Counted from the stretch's first letter, positions 1 through 10,212 are shown. The stretch is DNA of 64,000 bases from Candidatus Hadarchaeota archaeon (GCA_964384105.1 CAYLJV010000001.1:416001-480000); one strand, 5' to 3'. The notes: generated by a model from the letters alone, not told the origin. Made by a program: numbers and translations.

Positions 1-1587
1 TCTGGAATAGATCCGATCTCTAAGGATAATAAATTAATCTTTGCTTGGGGCCCCCTTACAGGTCTCGCGCCAGGCTCTTCTAGATATACTGTTGCTACGA
101 AATCCCCGCTGACTGGGGCCTTTCTAGATGCTTATTCGGGCGGATTTTTTCCAGCAAAGCTAAGATTCGCTCTTCCTGGTTATGCAGCAATAATATTTGA
201 GGGAAAATCTGATGATTTAGTTTACCTTCATGTTGGGGATGGGGAAGCAGAATTACGAAATGCGAGTGACTATACGGGTAAGAGTATTGGAGATATTCAG
301 AAGGAGCTCGACAGTGGTTTTGAAGTAGCGGGCATTGGTATAGCTGGTGAAAATATGGTCGAATACGCTACGATTTCCTCAGATAAGGGGGCACATCATG
401 CTGGGAGAGGTGGCGCTGGTGCGGTTATGGGCTCAAAAAATCTGAAATTTATTGCTGTTAAAAGCAAAAAACCGAATATAACAGAAAAAATTAAGGAACT
501 ATCATCGAAATATTCTAAAATTTTGTTGGACCATCCAGGGACTCAATGGGCCATAGATGCAGGAACTGCAACTACTTTGCGAGACGTACATAATTCTGGG
601 ATTATGCCTACGGAAGGCTTCAAGAAAGGCAGAAATGAAAACTACGATGACTTCGGCCTTGAAAAAGTTAAGGAAGTAACTAAAGGTAGAAAGGCTTGCT
701 ATAACTGTCCGCTGGCCTGTGGCTATTCATTAGAGATAGACGGTTTTAAAACTCTGAAGGGGCCTGAGTTTGAGTCGATAGTCATGTTAGGCTCTAATTG
801 TGGAGTAAGCGATTTAAAGTGCATTGCTGAGCTCGATGCCCTCTGTAATGAGTATGGTATAGATACGATCCAAACTGGAAATACTATAGGTTGGTTGATG
901 AGGTCCTCTGAAGAGGGTGTTGTAGATTATGAGGTAGAGTTTGGGGATGTGGAGAAAATAAAGAAGATGATAGTCGAAATTGCAAATAGAAGTTCAGAGA
1001 TGGGTAATATTTTAGCAGGAGACTTCAAGAGTATAGTTGATTTTTATGGGGGGGAAGAATATGCTGCAGAATGTAAAGGTATGGGATATTCGGGTTATGA
1101 TCCTAGAGGATCGGTTGGTATGGCATTAGCTTTTGCAACTAGTGACAGGGGTGCGTGCCATAAACGCTCTTGGACTGTTGGTCCTACAACTTTCTGGGGT
1201 AATTCGGAAAGGGACTTTGAGGCCCAACATGAAGTGGTAAAAGCTGATCATGACAACAACTCGCTATTGTGGAGTCTTGTTTTATGTGATTTTGTTGCTC
1301 CTGCATACATAGAGGATCTCGGTAAGGAATGGCTTGAGACAGTAGGTTACAATTTTACCATCGACCAGTTGAAGTCTAAAGGAGAGGAAATATGGGAAAT
1401 GACAAGGAAGTTTAACGTTAGAGAGGGATTCAGTAGAGTTGATGATAATTTACCGAAGATTATGACCAAACCACTTGCTGGAGATGGTCCAACATCGGGA
1501 TACAGAATTACTCAGGAAGACTTTGATAAAATGCTTGATTTATATTATACTTCGAGAGGATGGGACAAAAATGGGGAACCGGACTAG
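1..1587 (+). CDS. aor: Tungsten/molybdenum aldehyde:ferredoxin oxidoreductase family protein (5' partial)
   Basis: Frame open from base 1 (GPLTG..SSR..VATKSPLTG..D.YSGG); GRGGAGAVMGSKNLK, CYNCPLAC, GPEFES, DRGACH, YY..RGWD motifs. Confidence 0.9.
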   Translation, partial: SGIDPISKDNKLIFAWGPLTGLAPGSSRYTVATKSPLTGAFLDAYSGGFFPAKLRFALPGYAAIIFEGKSDDLVYLHVGDGEAELRNASDYTGKSIGDIQKELDSGFEVAGIGIAGENMVEYATISSDKGAHHAGRGGAGAVMGSKNLKFIAVKSKKPNITEKIKELSSKYSKILLDHPGTQWAIDAGTATTLRDVHNSGIMPTEGFKKGRNENYDDFGLEKVKEVTKGRKACYNCPLACGYSLEIDGFKTLKGPEFESIVMLGSNCGVSDLKCIAELDALCNEYGIDTIQTGNTIGWLMRSSEEGVVDYEVEFGDVEKIKKMIVEIANRSSEMGNILAGDFKSIVDFYGGEEYAAECKGMGYSGYDPRGSVGMALAFATSDRGACHKRSWTVGPTTFWGNSERDFEAQHEVVKADHDNNSLLWSLVLCDFVAPAYIEDLGKEWLETVGYNFTIDQLKSKGEEIWEMTRKFNVREGFSRVDDNLPKIMTKPLAGDGPTSGYRITQEDFDKMLDLYYTSRGWDKNGEPD

Positions 1588-1710
1588 CTGTAATGCTTCT
1601 TATCTAGCTATTGACTCATTCTTTTTTGTTTTTTGTTGCAGATAGTGATAATATATCTCTATATGCAGATCAATAACGGTATAAGCCTGCATATAACAAA
1701 AAAGTAAAAG

Positions 1711-1750
1711 TTTATATAACACCATACGCTACATTTAAAGGGTCCATAAA
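1711..1750 (+). promoter_or_regulatory. BRE/TATA promoter with GGTCCATAAA element about 30 nt downstream
   Basis: TTTATATA at 1711 and GGTCCATAAA at 1741; same layout recurs at 2956/2986. Confidence 0.55.
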
Positions 1751-1772
1751 ATTTAATAAGGGGGTGAGAATC

Positions 1773-2813
1773 GTGAATGAAAAAGGACTAGCAAGCTGGG
1801 CTATTGGTGTTATAATTGTCATAGTGATTGTCATAGCAGGAGTTGGTGCATGGTACGGTCTTTCTGGTGAAGAGACAACTCCGGAGAAGACCTCTCTCAA
1901 TGTGGCTGCAATTATGTGGGGCCATCATGATGAGGGTATGTGGGATACCTCATCTGCTAGAGCACTAGATGCTTTGAAAGAAAAATATGATCTAAATATT
2001 ACATATATGGAAGGTACAACTTTGGATACAGCTCCTGATGTTGCGAGCACCGCCGCAGATATGAATGATGTTGTTCTCTTTACTTCATCTGAGTATGAGG
2101 AAGCGATGAGAGAAGTAGCATCTGATTATCCGGATACAGTTTTCGTTGTGGAATACGAGGCGGGTAGAGTCGATCCAGCAGATTATCCGGCCAATAGTTG
2201 TATAATCAACTTTTATCCGGCATATAAGCTGGCATTCCTAGGTGGAGTAGCTGCAGCTAACGTGTCTGAAACCGGAAAGATCGGGATAATTAATGCTATA
2301 CCCGGTAAAAGAGATATAACATTATTCGCAGCCCCCTTTAGAGAAGGTGTCCATTACGTAAATCCAGATATTCAGGTTGATCGAGTGGTCATTGGTGCCT
2401 ATGCAGATCCAATGAAATCGAGAGATACGGTAAAAAGCTATGCAGAATCAGGATATGATGTCGTCTATGCAGTTATGGATACAGAAGCAGCAACGCAGGA
2501 AGCTGAAAGACAAGGGATTTACTCGATGCAAGAGTATAGTGATATTGTTTCAGAACATCCCGATACTGTTATAGGCTGTTTGGTTTGGAGATGGCAGGAG
2601 AAGTTGGATATGATATTTGAGTCAGTAGCTAATGGCGAATTTGACGATTTCAGAGACTCTAATTTCGAAATGCTACTAGCTTTAGAGGATAAGTCGTTGG
2701 ATATACCTACTTGGGGTAACATAGTTTCAGAAGATACTAAACAATATGTAGCGGAAGTTAGACAAAAAATAATTGACGGCGAAATCGAAGTACCCATAAT
2801 TGAAGAATGGTGA
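1773..2813 (+). CDS. BMP family ABC transporter substrate-binding protein (N-terminal membrane anchor)
   Basis: N-terminal TM helix; AFLGGVAAA.VSETGKIG, F.EG..YVNPD, I.DG.I.VP motifs; SD GGGGTGA before GTG 1773. Confidence 0.85.
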   Translation: MNEKGLASWAIGVIIVIVIVIAGVGAWYGLSGEETTPEKTSLNVAAIMWGHHDEGMWDTSSARALDALKEKYDLNITYMEGTTLDTAPDVASTAADMNDVVLFTSSEYEEAMREVASDYPDTVFVVEYEAGRVDPADYPANSCIINFYPAYKLAFLGGVAAANVSETGKIGIINAIPGKRDITLFAAPFREGVHYVNPDIQVDRVVIGAYADPMKSRDTVKSYAESGYDVVYAVMDTEAATQEAERQGIYSMQEYSDIVSEHPDTVIGCLVWRWQEKLDMIFESVANGEFDDFRDSNFEMLLALEDKSLDIPTWGNIVSEDTKQYVAEVRQKIIDGEIEVPIIEEW

Positions 2814-2955
2814 GAGTGTTTTTTACTCCTATCCATTCTTTATTTTTATTTAATTGTTTTTTGTGGACAGAGAATTGAATTTAGCTTAATCTGTTTTTTG
2901 ATTATGTATCCATTTTAGACTTATTTATAAATAATTTGACTTGTGAAAGTTAAAA

Positions 2956-2995
2956 TATATATATGACCGTGCAGTATCTTAAAAAGGTCCATAAA
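2956..2995 (+). promoter_or_regulatory. TATA promoter with GGTCCATAAA element
   Basis: TATATATA at 2956 and GGTCCATAAA at 2986, matching the BMP promoter layout. Confidence 0.55.
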
Positions 2996-3011
2996 GGGTA
3001 AAAGTGATCAA

Positions 3012-4559
3012 ATGGATTCAGATAAGCCGATAGTAGAATTAAAGGGAATTACTAAAAGATTTCCTGGTGTTGTAGCAAATAATAATGTTGATTTAACATT
3101 GAGGCAAGGGGAGATTCATACTATAGTTGGTGAAAACGGGGCAGGCAAAACCACACTTATGAATATTTTATACGGACTTTATCAACCTGATGAGGGTGAA
3201 ATCTTTATTAGAGGTAAAAAAGTTTCGATAAAGTCACCTAAGGATGCTTTGAAACTTGGTATCGGAATGGTTCATCAAGACCTTAACTTGGTCTCTGAGC
3301 TTACGGTCAGAGAGAATATTATTCTAGGTAGGGAACCTACTAAGAGTAGTGTTTTTATCGATAATAAAAAAGCAGACGAAAGAATAAGGAAACTTTCAGA
3401 AGAGTACAAAATGGAAGTCGATCCTAGCGAAAAAGTTGGAAATCTTTCAGTTGGGGAAAGGCAGAGAGTTTCTATACTTAGGGCCTTATTTGAGGATGTG
3501 AATGTTATTCTGATGGATGAACCGACTTCGATTTTAGCGCCTGAAGAAAAGGATAAGTTAATAGAAAAGATGATTGAGATGAGCAAAAAAGGGATTGCTA
3601 CAATTCCTTTTGTGACCCATAAGCTCCCCGAAGTTATGAAATGCTGCGATAAGATCACTGTTATGAGAGATGGAAGAGTGGTTGACTGTCTACGAAAAGA
3701 AGACGCAAATGAAAGAAAAATTGCGAAAAGAATGGTGGGTAGAGATGTGATTTTTGATTTAAGTAAATCTGAACCCTCTCCGAGCGGAAGTGTGTTGGAG
3801 ATAAAGGATTTGTATGTGGAAGGTGAAAGGATGTCATCAACTCTTGAAAATATTTCCTTTTCGATAAATGGTGGGGAGATATTGGGGATTGCTGGTGTTG
3901 GAGGTAATGGTCAAAGGGAATTAGTAGAGTCAATAATGGGTTTACGCGGAGTAGAAAAAGGTAGTATCCTATTTCAAAACACAGAAATTACTAACAAATC
4001 TACTGGATGGATTCGATCTCTCGGCATATCATATGTTGCGGCTGATATGGGCGATAGTATAGCTCCAGAACTTTCAATTGAAGAAAATCTTATACTGTCA
4101 AACGAGATAGAATCAACTCTTATCAAGTCCACAAAGTTTTTTCCTTTTAAAAAACAGTGGCTCCTGGATAAAGATAGAATTAGTGATTATTCCAGAGAAA
4201 TGATTGAGGAATTTGAAATAAAGACTCCAAGCTCGGAAACAAAGGTTGGAAAGCTTTCTGGAGGAAATATACAACGTGTTATTCTCGCTCGTGAAATTAG
4301 CAAAAAACCTTCACTTCTTATTGTTGATAAGCCTACTAAGGGCTTGGACGTTGGATCACAAGAGTTTATACGAAGAAGGTTGATAAAAGAGAGAGACGAA
4401 GGTAAAGCTATTTTACTTGTTTCGGAAGACTTAGATGAAGTTATGATGGTTAGCGATAAGATAGGGGTTATGTATGATGGGGAAATAAGTGAAATTTATT
4501 CAGCAGACAAAATAGATAAAGAAACTATTGGAGCCCTTATGTCGGGTGTAAAAGTATAA
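3012..4559 (+). CDS. CUT2-type (sugar/nucleoside) ABC transporter ATP-binding protein, two NBDs
   Basis: KRFPGVVAN, GENGAGKTT, LSVGERQRV, DEPT, LSGGNIQR. Confidence 0.92.
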   Translation: MDSDKPIVELKGITKRFPGVVANNNVDLTLRQGEIHTIVGENGAGKTTLMNILYGLYQPDEGEIFIRGKKVSIKSPKDALKLGIGMVHQDLNLVSELTVRENIILGREPTKSSVFIDNKKADERIRKLSEEYKMEVDPSEKVGNLSVGERQRVSILRALFEDVNVILMDEPTSILAPEEKDKLIEKMIEMSKKGIATIPFVTHKLPEVMKCCDKITVMRDGRVVDCLRKEDANERKIAKRMVGRDVIFDLSKSEPSPSGSVLEIKDLYVEGERMSSTLENISFSINGGEILGIAGVGGNGQRELVESIMGLRGVEKGSILFQNTEITNKSTGWIRSLGISYVAADMGDSIAPELSIEENLILSNEIESTLIKSTKFFPFKKQWLLDKDRISDYSREMIEEFEIKTPSSETKVGKLSGGNIQRVILAREISKKPSLLIVDKPTKGLDVGSQEFIRRRLIKERDEGKAILLVSEDLDEVMMVSDKIGVMYDGEISEIYSADKIDKETIGALMSGVKV

Positions 4560-4587
4560 TAATTAATAATTTTTAATTTGAGTTCTA

Positions 4588-5628
4588 ATGACCGAAATAG
4601 AATTATTTGGCTGTTCCTTAGATCCAGATGAAAGAGAGCAAAGCATCAGAAGGAAAGTTGCGTATATTCAGTCTGGTATAAATAGAGGTTTTGATCCATA
4701 TGACCAGATCCTTAAACTCAAAGATATTCTAAAAAAGGATAATTTAAAAAATGAGGGTAAGGTTGATGTCGAGACTTGGTTAACTCCTTTTCCCCGTAGT
4801 TCTGATTTGCCTTTCATGACTTTGCAAAATTTTATAGCTTTCGTAGATAGTGGTGGGTGCTTAGATTACTCAACTAATGTTTATAAATATGTAAAAAATA
4901 AAATTTTGCCGAATATCCCTCTTTTAATCGGCGTTGATCATTCACTTACTGGGGGTGTTTTAAAATCCATATCAGAGGAATATGGTAGAGAGGACCTGTT
5001 AGTGATTTTTGTTGATTCCCATTATGATGGGATTTCGATGAAAAGGAGACTTGATCTAATAGAGTATGAAATTGAAAAAAGTAATAATTCAGTATATAGC
5101 AAAAAAGATCCGTACCTATATGATCGACCTGATAGCTATAATGCAGAGTCTTTCATAAAATTTCTAGTTAAGGACAGGATAATTTTACCTGAGAATACTG
5201 TATGTTTGGGCGTTTCTGATTATCCGTCTGAAAAGACAGCGAGTATTGAGGATAATAGAGTCAAAGATTATGTTAACGAGTTTAAAAACATGGAGTCTAA
5301 AGGATTGGAGATAATAACAAAAAATAAAATTAGAAGTGAACCGACTTCCTTGGAAAAAGTTTTACGTAGAAAGGATATCGAAAATGTTTACGTTTCTATA
5401 GATTTGGACATTGGTGCTAATGCTACCACCATGGGGGTTAGATTTTTGGATGGTTATATAGGCATGAAAATAAAAGAGATTAAAATTATTATGAAAAAAA
5501 TAGCGGATTATATAAGCAATGATAAAAATTTAATTGGGTTTGATCTTATGGAATTTGATATGCATAAAGCTGATGAAAGCACGTTTTCGCTAGCTTTGAC
5601 GGTAATTAGCCAACTTTTGAAGACTTAA
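4588..5628 (+). CDS. Arginase/ureohydrolase family protein
   Basis: GVDHS, DSHYD and SIDLD metal-ligand motifs. Confidence 0.75.
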   Translation: MTEIELFGCSLDPDEREQSIRRKVAYIQSGINRGFDPYDQILKLKDILKKDNLKNEGKVDVETWLTPFPRSSDLPFMTLQNFIAFVDSGGCLDYSTNVYKYVKNKILPNIPLLIGVDHSLTGGVLKSISEEYGREDLLVIFVDSHYDGISMKRRLDLIEYEIEKSNNSVYSKKDPYLYDRPDSYNAESFIKFLVKDRIILPENTVCLGVSDYPSEKTASIEDNRVKDYVNEFKNMESKGLEIITKNKIRSEPTSLEKVLRRKDIENVYVSIDLDIGANATTMGVRFLDGYIGMKIKEIKIIMKKIADYISNDKNLIGFDLMEFDMHKADESTFSLALTVISQLLKT

Positions 5629-5700
5629 GGATTTTTAAAAATTAAAAAAATAGGGAGGAGAGAACACTCTCCTTTGATTTAATTTTTTCCGAATTATTTT

Positions 5701-6465
5701 TTATATTCCCCTGAATGCAACCACTCTACATAGTGAAGATTCTCCACCGACGAATCTTATTGGAAAACATCCAATCTTTAGTCTTTCGTTGGAAACTTTG
5801 TCTATGTCTCCAGCTAGATTTTCGACGTGTATGAGCTCTTGCTTTTTGAAAGGTTCGTTGTGCATCATATGATCCATTTCTGGCGGAAAAACTTCTTTTA
5901 CAGGTTTACCATGCTTTTGCTCGAATTCTTTTGCCAATCCCGGGTGTAATTTGGATATCAGTGTGTTCATCGGATGGTCTGCGGACCCACAGTCTACTCC
6001 AATCCATTTTAATTCCATGTCCATAGCCCATTCTTTAAATTCCTCATGTGGTCCTGGATGCTTACAGAAATAAGCTATTTCATCGGCCGTTTTAGAATCC
6101 CAGCTATATTTATGGAACCCTGTGTTGATAATAAGGATGTCGCCTTTTTTAACTTCTACTTTTTCTGTGATGTGTTCAGGTGTGTATATGTCGTATTCTC
6201 CGACTGAATCGCTTATATTCGCAACTGCCCCATCTCCGAAAAGCTTTCCGTTTAGAGGTAGGCTTGCGATATCTCTACCGCTTGAATCAAAGTGCATTGG
6301 TCCGTCAATATGGGTACCTACATGATTTTCTGTTTCTATTTTTTGTTGATTGAAACCATCTGTTGCTAGTGTATTAACGCGCTTTACTACTGGAGCTTCG
6401 CCGGTCGGCCAAGGTGGTGTACTGGATGACCAGGGTTGGGTCAAGTCTATTAATTCTACTCCCAT
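5701..6465 (-). CDS. Cyclase family metal-dependent hydrolase (kynurenine formamidase-like)
   Basis: LIDLTQP, HVGTHIDGPMHF, IGVD, HVENL, CRVVA; ATG at 6465 is the likely start. Confidence 0.88.
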   Translation of the reverse strand: MGVELIDLTQPWSSSTPPWPTGEAPVVKRVNTLATDGFNQQKIETENHVGTHIDGPMHFDSSGRDIASLPLNGKLFGDGAVANISDSVGEYDIYTPEHITEKVEVKKGDILIINTGFHKYSWDSKTADEIAYFCKHPGPHEEFKEWAMDMELKWIGVDCGSADHPMNTLISKLHPGLAKEFEQKHGKPVKEVFPPEMDHMMHNEPFKKQELIHVENLAGDIDKVSNERLKIGCFPIRFVGGESSLCRVVAFRGI

Positions 6466-6601
6466 TTTTATCCCAAATTCTCTCCGCACACTCGTATATA
6501 AACTTTTCTTTCCCTCGAAATGATTCTAAAGAATTGTTGTGATCTGGTCTTTTGCATAATATTAGTAAATTTTTTATACCTCTCACTCATATTTTTCCCC
6601 A

Positions 6602-6982
6602 ATGAATAAAGAGATGTTGCCTAGCGAAAAGGAAGCTCTCGAAACAGGGTACTCGCAGGCTGTTGTTTTTAATAACGATATTTATATATCGGGACAAGTA
6701 GCAATGAACTCTGAAGGCAAAGTTGTTGGAATGAACGACTTTGAGAAACAGGCTAGATTTGTTTTTGATAGTATCGAAAAAATAATGTCTTCGAAGAATT
6801 CTAGTATGAATGACATAGTTTGGTTAACTATATTCATTACTGATATGGGTAATTTGAAAAAATTCAGAGAGATTAGATCCGAATATTTTGAAGAGTGGGT
6901 GCCAGCTAGTACTTTGGTAGAGGTTAATAGTCTGATTGATGAAAACTTACTTTTGGAGATTGCTGCTATAGGTAAAATATGA
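6602..6982 (+). CDS. RidA/YjgF family protein
   Basis: YSQAV, IYISGQV, PASTLVEV.SL, LLEI.A. Confidence 0.9.
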   Translation: MNKEMLPSEKEALETGYSQAVVFNNDIYISGQVAMNSEGKVVGMNDFEKQARFVFDSIEKIMSSKNSSMNDIVWLTIFITDMGNLKKFREIRSEYFEEWVPASTLVEVNSLIDENLLLEIAAIGKI

Positions 6983-7124
6983 TTTCGTTTCTGTTTTTTA
7001 TATTGAATATAGATGAATTATCTAAAATTCGCGACTTAAGTGTTTATTTTCTTCGCTTTTTTAGTTGAACAAATCTTTTATTTCTTCATCTTGTTACTAC
7101 TATAATAAGAAGGCTTTTGACCAA

Positions 7125-8882
7125 ATGGAAATGAGAATGGAATGTAGGTTTCCGGATTTGAATTGCCCATTTGAGAAAATCCCGGAGGCTAGAAAAATTT
7201 GTGCTGTTTGCGCTACTTTAGATGATGACATAGCTTACAGGGACTATGTGAAGGAAAAGTATTCTTCAGAAGAAGGTTTACTAACATCTCTTATGAACAA
7301 CATCCCAGACTTTGTCTATTTTAAAGATAAGGAGTGTAGGTACACAGAAGTTAGTGAGGCTTTTGCAGAAAAAATGAGGATGACCCGAAGAGAACTGATC
7401 GGCAAAAAAGTAACCGATATATATCCTGGTGAATGGGGTGAAAAAATGCATAACAGTGATTTGAAAGTAATTCAGAAAGAGAGAAAAGTGGTTGATAAGG
7501 AAGATAAAGTTACTTTGCCTACTGGTGAGATAAGGTGGATGTCTACAAGTAAGGTTCCTCGATATGATAAGAGTGGAAATGTTATTGGTATGTTAGGTAT
7601 ATCCAGAGACATCACGCAGCGCAAGGAAATGGAGAGGGAGCTGATTGGGCTCAATCAGTTTCAAAATGCTATAATAGAAAATGCTAATGTGATTGTAGAG
7701 TTTCACGACGAACTAGGAAATATCATGGTTTGGAACAAAGCTGCAGAGGAAATTACGGGTTATACCAAGGAGGAAGTTTTGGGTGATAACAAAGTCTGGG
7801 ATTGGCTTTATCCAGATGAAGATTATCGAAGCGAGGTGATTAGTAAGGCTGCCAAGATTGCGAGGGGGGAAGAGACCATAGAGGATTATGAGTTTACTGT
7901 CGAATGTAAGAATGGTGAGAAAAAGACCATTTCATGGAATTCTAGAGGTATTAGAGATGAAAATGATAACTTAATCGGGGCTATTTCTATTGGTATAGAT
8001 ATTACTATAAGAAAGCGTGCTGAGAGAAGAGAAAAATCTCTGAATGCTCTATTTAGATACAACATCAAAAATAGGATTCAAGTTGTTGAGAATTATCTTA
8101 ATCTTCTGGTGGGGGAAGTTGTTTCGGAGAGGGGTAAGAAGAATCTTGAGGAAGTAAGGGTTATTATTCGTGATGTTCTTGACCTGATTGAGAAGGTTAG
8201 AATACTTAGAGAGATTAAGCAGGATAAACCTCGAGAGGCCTATATAAGTCCGGTAATTGTAAGCGCTATAGAAAATAATAGGTACATCAAAAATAGGATT
8301 CAAGTTGTTGAGAATTATCTTAATCTTCTGGTGGGGGAAGTTGTTTCGGAGAGGGGTAAGAAGAATCTTGAGGAAGTAAGGGTTATTATTCGTGATGTTC
8401 TTGACCTGATTGAGAAGGTTAGAATACTTAGAGAGATTAAGCAGGATAAACCTCGAGAGTTTGAGATTAGCCCCTTGATTGCGAGTGCTATAGAAAATCT
8501 TAGATTCTATGCTAAGGATAGGGGTATTGAAATAGAAGGCGATGATTGTGAGTCTATTGTTTTAGGCGGTCTTCTTTTAGAGGAACTATTTTCAAATTTG
8601 ATTAAAAACACAATTCAGCACTCAGGGGGTAATAAGTTAAAAATTTCTCATGAAGAAACCGTTGATGAATGTGTCATTAGTTTTGAAGATAATGGAGATG
8701 GTATTCCAGATGAGGATAAAAATAGTATTTTTGATTGGGGGTTTAAGAGAGAAAAGAGCTCCGGTTCTGGATTAGGATTGACTTTGGCAAAAGAAATTGC
8801 TGAAAACTATGGAGGAACTTTGATGGTTAATGATTCAGATTTGGGTGGAGCAAGGTTTGATGTGCATCTACAAAAAGCTTGA
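7125..8882 (+). CDS. PAS-domain sensor histidine kinase-like protein; duplicated HisKA segment; phospho-His replaced by Tyr
   Basis: Two PAS/PAC domains; HATPase N box (FSNLIKN), DNGDGI, GSGLGL; H-box reads RYN rather than RHD. Confidence 0.8.
   Translation: MEMRMECRFPDLNCPFEKIPEARKICAVCATLDDDIAYRDYVKEKYSSEEGLLTSLMNNIPDFVYFKDKECRYTEVSEAFAEKMRMTRRELIGKKVTDIYPGEWGEKMHNSDLKVIQKERKVVDKEDKVTLPTGEIRWMSTSKVPRYDKSGNVIGMLGISRDITQRKEMERELIGLNQFQNAIIENANVIVEFHDELGNIMVWNKAAEEITGYTKEEVLGDNKVWDWLYPDEDYRSEVISKAAKIARGEETIEDYEFTVECKNGEKKTISWNSRGIRDENDNLIGAISIGIDITIRKRAERREKSLNALFRYNIKNRIQVVENYLNLLVGEVVSERGKKNLEEVRVIIRDVLDLIEKVRILREIKQDKPREAYISPVIVSAIENNRYIKNRIQVVENYLNLLVGEVVSERGKKNLEEVRVIIRDVLDLIEKVRILREIKQDKPREFEISPLIASAIENLRFYAKDRGIEIEGDDCESIVLGGLLLEELFSNLIKNTIQHSGGNKLKISHEETVDECVISFEDNGDGIPDEDKNSIFDWGFKREKSSGSGLGLTLAKEIAENYGGTLMVNDSDLGGARFDVHLQKA
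8062..8459 (+). repeat. In-frame direct duplication: 176 bp identical copies at 8062-8237 and 8284-8459 (period 222 bp)
   Basis: Direct nucleotide comparison; the protein segment IKNRIQ...DKPRE occurs twice. Confidence 0.95.
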
Positions 8883-8986
8883 AGCTTGCCCCTATTTAGC
8901 AGATTATATTTCTTTTGTTTTTAATTTAGAGAAAGAATGTTAGACAATTTAATTAATTATAAGAAATAACTTTAGACGGCGATATC

Positions 8987-10132
8987 ATTCGAATAACAGA
9001 TGTCAAAACCACCCACGTCCATATTCCCCTCCCGGAAAAGTTTTCACCAGCTTGGATGCCAGGTGGTGAACAGAATGTTATTTCTACAACTATTCTTGAG
9101 ATCGAAACAGACGAGGGAATAACTGGAGTCTCAGGATCTTCTCACCATCCGGGTCTTATCTCCGAGGGTAAGTCAGAGTCTGAAGTGGCGGTTGAAAACT
9201 TTCTGAAGGACTCTTTCATAGGAGAGGACCCCACGAGAATAGAGCGATTAATCCATCACGTCAGAAAAGCTGGTAATGCCATAAGCAACCCATGGTTCGT
9301 AAGTACGGCTCTTTGGGATATTATTGGGAAGAAAGCAGGGATGCCTCTGTACAAGCTGTGGGGTGGCTATAGGGATGAACTTCCAGCGTATGCTAGTTTT
9401 GGGGAAGTTAGGACCCCTGAAAGAAGAGCCAATGATGTAAAGAATCTTGTAAGAGAGGGTTTCAAGGCAGTAAAGCTTCGATTTCACAGCGAAAGCATGG
9501 TTGAGGACATCGATCAGATCAAGGAAGTTCGAGAGGCCGTTGGGGACGAGATCGATATAATGGTGGATGCCAATCAATCGTTTAGTCTGGGAGAGAGAGG
9601 TCCCAAATGGGATTTCAGACGGGCTTTAGAAACGGCCAGAAAGTTGGAGGATTTCAATGTGGTGTGGTTGGAGGAATCTCTGCTAGGTAGCGACTTCGAA
9701 GGTCTGAGTAAACTCTGTAATAACACGAGCATTGACATAGCGGGCGGCGAGTTCAACAAAGGTCTCGACGTCTTTCGCCGAATGTTGGAGGATGGGGTAT
9801 ACGATGTTTTACAGCCGGACTGTAACATGTCTGAGGGAATATTCCAGCTGAGGAAAGTTGCGGGAATGGCTGAGAGTTACAATAAATGGTTTGAGCCTCA
9901 TACATGGGGCAATGGTCTGTTACTTGCTGCGAGTATACATCTGGCGGCTTCTGTTCCGAATTGCAGATATTTGGAGTATCCTTATGATCCTCCGACTTTT
10001 CCGATCGAATCCTATTACGGTATGTTGAAGGAACCGATAGAGATAGATAGCGAAGGTTTAGTAAAGGTTCCCCAGGGGCCGGGAATAGGAGTGGAGTTAG
10101 ACCGAGATTCTATTGAAGAATATAAGGTTTGA
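8987..10132 (+). CDS. Mandelate racemase/muconate lactonizing enzyme family (enolase superfamily)
   Basis: ALWDIIGK, P.YKLWGG, KxR, MVDAN, WLEE, GGE, QPD, EPH; frame extends upstream of ATG 9056 to (I)RITDV at ATT 8987. Confidence 0.88.
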   Translation: MRITDVKTTHVHIPLPEKFSPAWMPGGEQNVISTTILEIETDEGITGVSGSSHHPGLISEGKSESEVAVENFLKDSFIGEDPTRIERLIHHVRKAGNAISNPWFVSTALWDIIGKKAGMPLYKLWGGYRDELPAYASFGEVRTPERRANDVKNLVREGFKAVKLRFHSESMVEDIDQIKEVREAVGDEIDIMVDANQSFSLGERGPKWDFRRALETARKLEDFNVVWLEESLLGSDFEGLSKLCNNTSIDIAGGEFNKGLDVFRRMLEDGVYDVLQPDCNMSEGIFQLRKVAGMAESYNKWFEPHTWGNGLLLAASIHLAASVPNCRYLEYPYDPPTFPIESYYGMLKEPIEIDSEGLVKVPQGPGIGVELDRDSIEEYKV

Positions 10133-10212
10133 TGTTTCGTCTCCCACCCCATTGAGAACAAATCTCTAGTTTTACAAAACTTCTTTTAGGAAGGTGAACA
10201 AGATTCCAAACG

